Part shown: piece after piece, positions 23,006-25,243 of the stretch
Numbering within the stretch: the first letter of the stretch is position 1
Layout: every line of letters begins with the position of its first letter
IMG/VR virus record: IMGVR_UViG_3300044676_000970
Span: 1 to 25,243 of that record
DNA length: 25,243 nucleotides
DNA from: a virus
Lineage: Duplodnaviria; Caudoviricetes
Direction: 5' to 3' (one strand)
The notes under the pieces: generated by a model
Seen by the model: only the letters and a program-made list of their open reading frames with translations
Databases searched by the model: none
Told to the model about the DNA's origin: nothing
Made by a program: the position numbers and the translations under genes

Positions 23006-24694
23006 ATGGCGATCATTACTCGCGAAACTACTGCGACAGGCGTAACCAATAAGGGGTCGCCCTTAACTAATGCAGAGCTGGACAATAACTTTGTTGAGCT
23101 ACAGCAGAACAAAATCGAGCTGGACGATCTTTCTGTAGGAGCAGAAGGGACTGCCAGTGGCGATGGTTCGGTCGCCTACGATAATACAACGGGCGTATTT
23201 ACGTACACGCCACCTGCTGACATAAGCGGGGCTGTGACCTTTGCTGCGCAAGCAGGCGAAGCCCTTACAAAAGGCGATGTTGTCTATGTCTCTGGTCTAT
23301 CAGGTAATACGCCAGTTGTATCAAAGGCAGATGCCGACGTTGCGAGCAAAATGCCTGCATTTGGCTTAGCAGAAGATGACGCCAACAATAATGCCGCTGT
23401 CAACGTGGTCACGTTCGGCACGCTGTACAACCTGGATACGTCCGGATTTAGTGCTGGTGACACTGTTTTTGCTTCAACGACAGCGGGCGCTTTAACTAAT
23501 TCTGCGCCTACAGGCGAATCGTCACTTCTGCAGAATATAGGCAAGGTCATTCGATCCCATGCTTCTGCTGGGTCTATTAAGGTCGGCGGCGCAGGCAGGA
23601 CAAACGCAACACCCAATCTCAACGATGGCAATGTGTTCATAGGAAACGCTAGCAATCAAGCAGAGGCTAGGGCGTTAGCGGCTGGAGATGTGGCATCAGG
23701 AACATTTGCAAATGCCAGAATCTCAGAAGGTAGCGTCACGCAGCATCAGGCGGCACTGTCGGTTACAGAGTCACAGATCAGTGATCTGCAGTCATATTTG
23801 ACCGCAGAAACAAATGATCTTAGCGCGTCTGTAACCTGGGCCAACGTACCTGACGCTAACATTACGCAGTCAAGCGTGACGCAGCACCAGGCAGCTTTAG
23901 CTGTAGCGGCAAGTCAGCTAAGCGATGTGACCTCTACAGCAGCAGAGTTAAATTTACTCGATGGCTCTACGGCAGACACTGTTGTCAATTCAAAAGCCGT
24001 CATTTACGGAGCGGCAGGCCAGGTCACAGCTAGCGAGCTTGATGTAGACAACATCCAGATAGACGCTAACGCTGTTAAGTCCACGGACACCAACGGCAAC
24101 ATCCAGTTGTTTCCAAATGGCACGGGATTTACCGAGCTATACGGCAACACCAATGCCGGTAAGATTCGCTTCAACTGTGAGGTAAATACGCACGGTGTCA
24201 CCTTACAGGGACCGCCCCACAGCGCCGCCGCCACTTACACCCTTGAGCTACCGAATGCAGATGGCACCAGTGGTCAGGCTTTGGTGACGGATGGGTCAGG
24301 GAAGCTGTCTTTTGATGACATCGATCTGACTTCTCAGATTACAGGCACGCTGCCTGTTGCTAACGGCGGTACAAACGCAACAACGGCTGCCGGAGCACGT
24401 ACAAGTCTCGGTGCAGATGCCTACCCCATCCAAAAAGGCACAAACTACACAGCAGTAGCAGGTGACAACATCGTAGTCACAGCGGGCAGCATTACAATTA
24501 CTCTTCCTGCCTCACCAAGCGCAGGCGATACCGTAGGCATTAAAGACGGCACAGGCGCAGCGGCTACCACTACATTCACTGTAGCTAGGAACGGCGAGAA
24601 CATTGCCTCTGACGCATCTGACTTGGTGTTTGATAAAAACTTTGCCGAGATCACTATGTCCTACATAGATGCCACTATCGGTTGGAGCGTATAA
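23006..24694 (+). CDS. modular tail fibre/fibre-branching protein
   Basis: N-terminal KGSPLTNAELDNNF; an AGEALTKGDVVYVSG...AFGLA...QNIGKV domain; a duplicated SVTQHQAAL unit; LELPNADGTSGQALVTDGSGKLSF and TGTLPVANGGTNATTAAGARTSLG fibre motifs; and a C-terminal T4 gp9/gp10-like domain (ITITLPASPSAGDTV..D..TVARNGENI..YIDATIGW). Confidence 0.8.
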   Translation: MAIITRETTATGVTNKGSPLTNAELDNNFVELQQNKIELDDLSVGAEGTASGDGSVAYDNTTGVFTYTPPADISGAVTFAAQAGEALTKGDVVYVSGLSGNTPVVSKADADVASKMPAFGLAEDDANNNAAVNVVTFGTLYNLDTSGFSAGDTVFASTTAGALTNSAPTGESSLLQNIGKVIRSHASAGSIKVGGAGRTNATPNLNDGNVFIGNASNQAEARALAAGDVASGTFANARISEGSVTQHQAALSVTESQISDLQSYLTAETNDLSASVTWANVPDANITQSSVTQHQAALAVAASQLSDVTSTAAELNLLDGSTADTVVNSKAVIYGAAGQVTASELDVDNIQIDANAVKSTDTNGNIQLFPNGTGFTELYGNTNAGKIRFNCEVNTHGVTLQGPPHSAAATYTLELPNADGTSGQALVTDGSGKLSFDDIDLTSQITGTLPVANGGTNATTAAGARTSLGADAYPIQKGTNYTAVAGDNIVVTAGSITITLPASPSAGDTVGIKDGTGAAATTTFTVARNGENIASDASDLVFDKNFAEITMSYIDATIGWSV

Positions 24695-25243
24695 ATGAGC
24701 AGCTTGTCGGAATTGCTGCCGACAGGCGGCGGACAGAACGCTGTAGATTTTGTTGCGTCTGGGACTTTGAGTTCTGGGCAGGCTGTTGCGTTAAAAACAG
24801 ATGGTACAGTGGAGGCTGTTGCAGAAACAACCAATGCGTTATCTTTTTCCGACAACGCCACGTTTGAGTCTGCTACAAGTTATGGGCAGAGCGTTGCTTA
24901 TGGAGGCGGTAAATTTGTTGTTATGTACAACGATAACGGCAACAACAATTACTGGACAGTGGTTGCTGGAGAATTAAATAGTTCTGGGGATATTACATTT
25001 GGCACCCCCCTAGTAGTCCTATCTACCTCTGGAAAAATAGGTTCTGGAGATATTGCATACCACGAAGGTTCTGGAAAGTTTGTTTGTGTTCATAGCCAAG
25101 CGAGTGGAGGCACTTACGGGGAGGCTCTAACTGTTAGTGGCACTTCTATTTCAAAAGGAGATTTAGCGGATATAGTAGTTCAAGATGCTACGGGGCAATA
25201 TTCCGTTGCTGCGGTGTACGATGCCCATATAGACAGAGTAATT
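24695..25243 (+). CDS. putative receptor-binding protein with beta-propeller-like repeats (3'-truncated; not in the ORF track)
   Basis: The frame is open for 183 codons to the window end: MSSLSELLPTGGGQNAVDFVASGTLSSGQAVALKTDGTV...VAYGGGKFVVMY...ITFGTP...IAYHEGSGKFVCVH...VYDAHIDRVI. Confidence 0.7.
   Translation, partial: MSSLSELLPTGGGQNAVDFVASGTLSSGQAVALKTDGTVEAVAETTNALSFSDNATFESATSYGQSVAYGGGKFVVMYNDNGNNNYWTVVAGELNSSGDITFGTPLVVLSTSGKIGSGDIAYHEGSGKFVCVHSQASGGTYGEALTVSGTSISKGDLADIVVQDATGQYSVAAVYDAHIDRVI

Noticed and set aside
275-24861. All minus-strand ORFs in the supplied track (e.g. 429..794, 3936..4331, 7445..7831, 17387..17836, 19847..20329)
   Set aside because: They lie antisense to well-supported + strand phage genes, lack SD sequences or recognisable motifs, and are the shadow ORFs expected from codon bias.
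4536-24867. Alternative-frame + strand ORFs 4536..4757, 7108..7311, 8985..9254, 16963..17190, 20281..20481 and 24682..24867
   Set aside because: They are nested in longer motif-bearing genes with no independent SD or domain. 24682..24867 is out of frame with the better ORF starting at 24695.
24925-24955. AAC-rich run (AAC GAT AAC GGC AAC AAC AAT) resembling a DGR template repeat
   Set aside because: It is short and in frame as Asn codons of the RBP. No second copy differing at adenines and no reverse transcriptase are seen in the window, though they could lie outside it.
1-25243. Stop-codon reassignment, introns or inteins
   Set aside because: Genes tile tightly under the standard code and use TAA, TGA and TAG stops. 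TerL, portal, MCP and helicase are compact with contiguous motifs and no insertions.

Overview
This is a 25-kb segment of a tailed dsDNA phage (siphovirus-type Caudoviricetes, or a prophage of one). All credible genes lie on the + strand and are tightly packed with many ATGA/TGATG/TAATG overlaps. The order is lambdoid-like: recombination/SSB-like genes and an XRE HTH; a replication module (stand-alone primase-type Zn-binding protein, O-like initiator with internal iterons, SF4 helicase); a nin-like accessory region (DUF3310, NinB, HTH-metallophosphoesterase, NinG, small Zn proteins); packaging and head genes; a tail (tube, chaperone with -1 frameshift, tape measure, Dit, hub, GNAT, J-like tip); and a distal multi-fibre/receptor-binding module cut off by the window end. 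No integrase, lysis genes, tRNA, CRISPR or reverse transcriptase is visible. The strongest non-obvious signals are: (i) near-total avoidance of GCWGC and GGWCC over the first ~19.4 kb, ending abruptly inside the tail-tip gene, which suggests a recently swapped host-recognition module; (ii) a candidate OOP-like antisense sRNA (minus-strand promoter plus terminator) at ~571-658; (iii) a G-U-rich rod-like RNA structure followed by a leaderless extended -10 promoter before the packaging genes; (iv) a 14-aa poly-lysine micropeptide in the head module; (v) a GNAT in the slot usually held by the tail peptidase. All protein calls come from motif recognition and synteny, and all counts are manual; no database searches were run.
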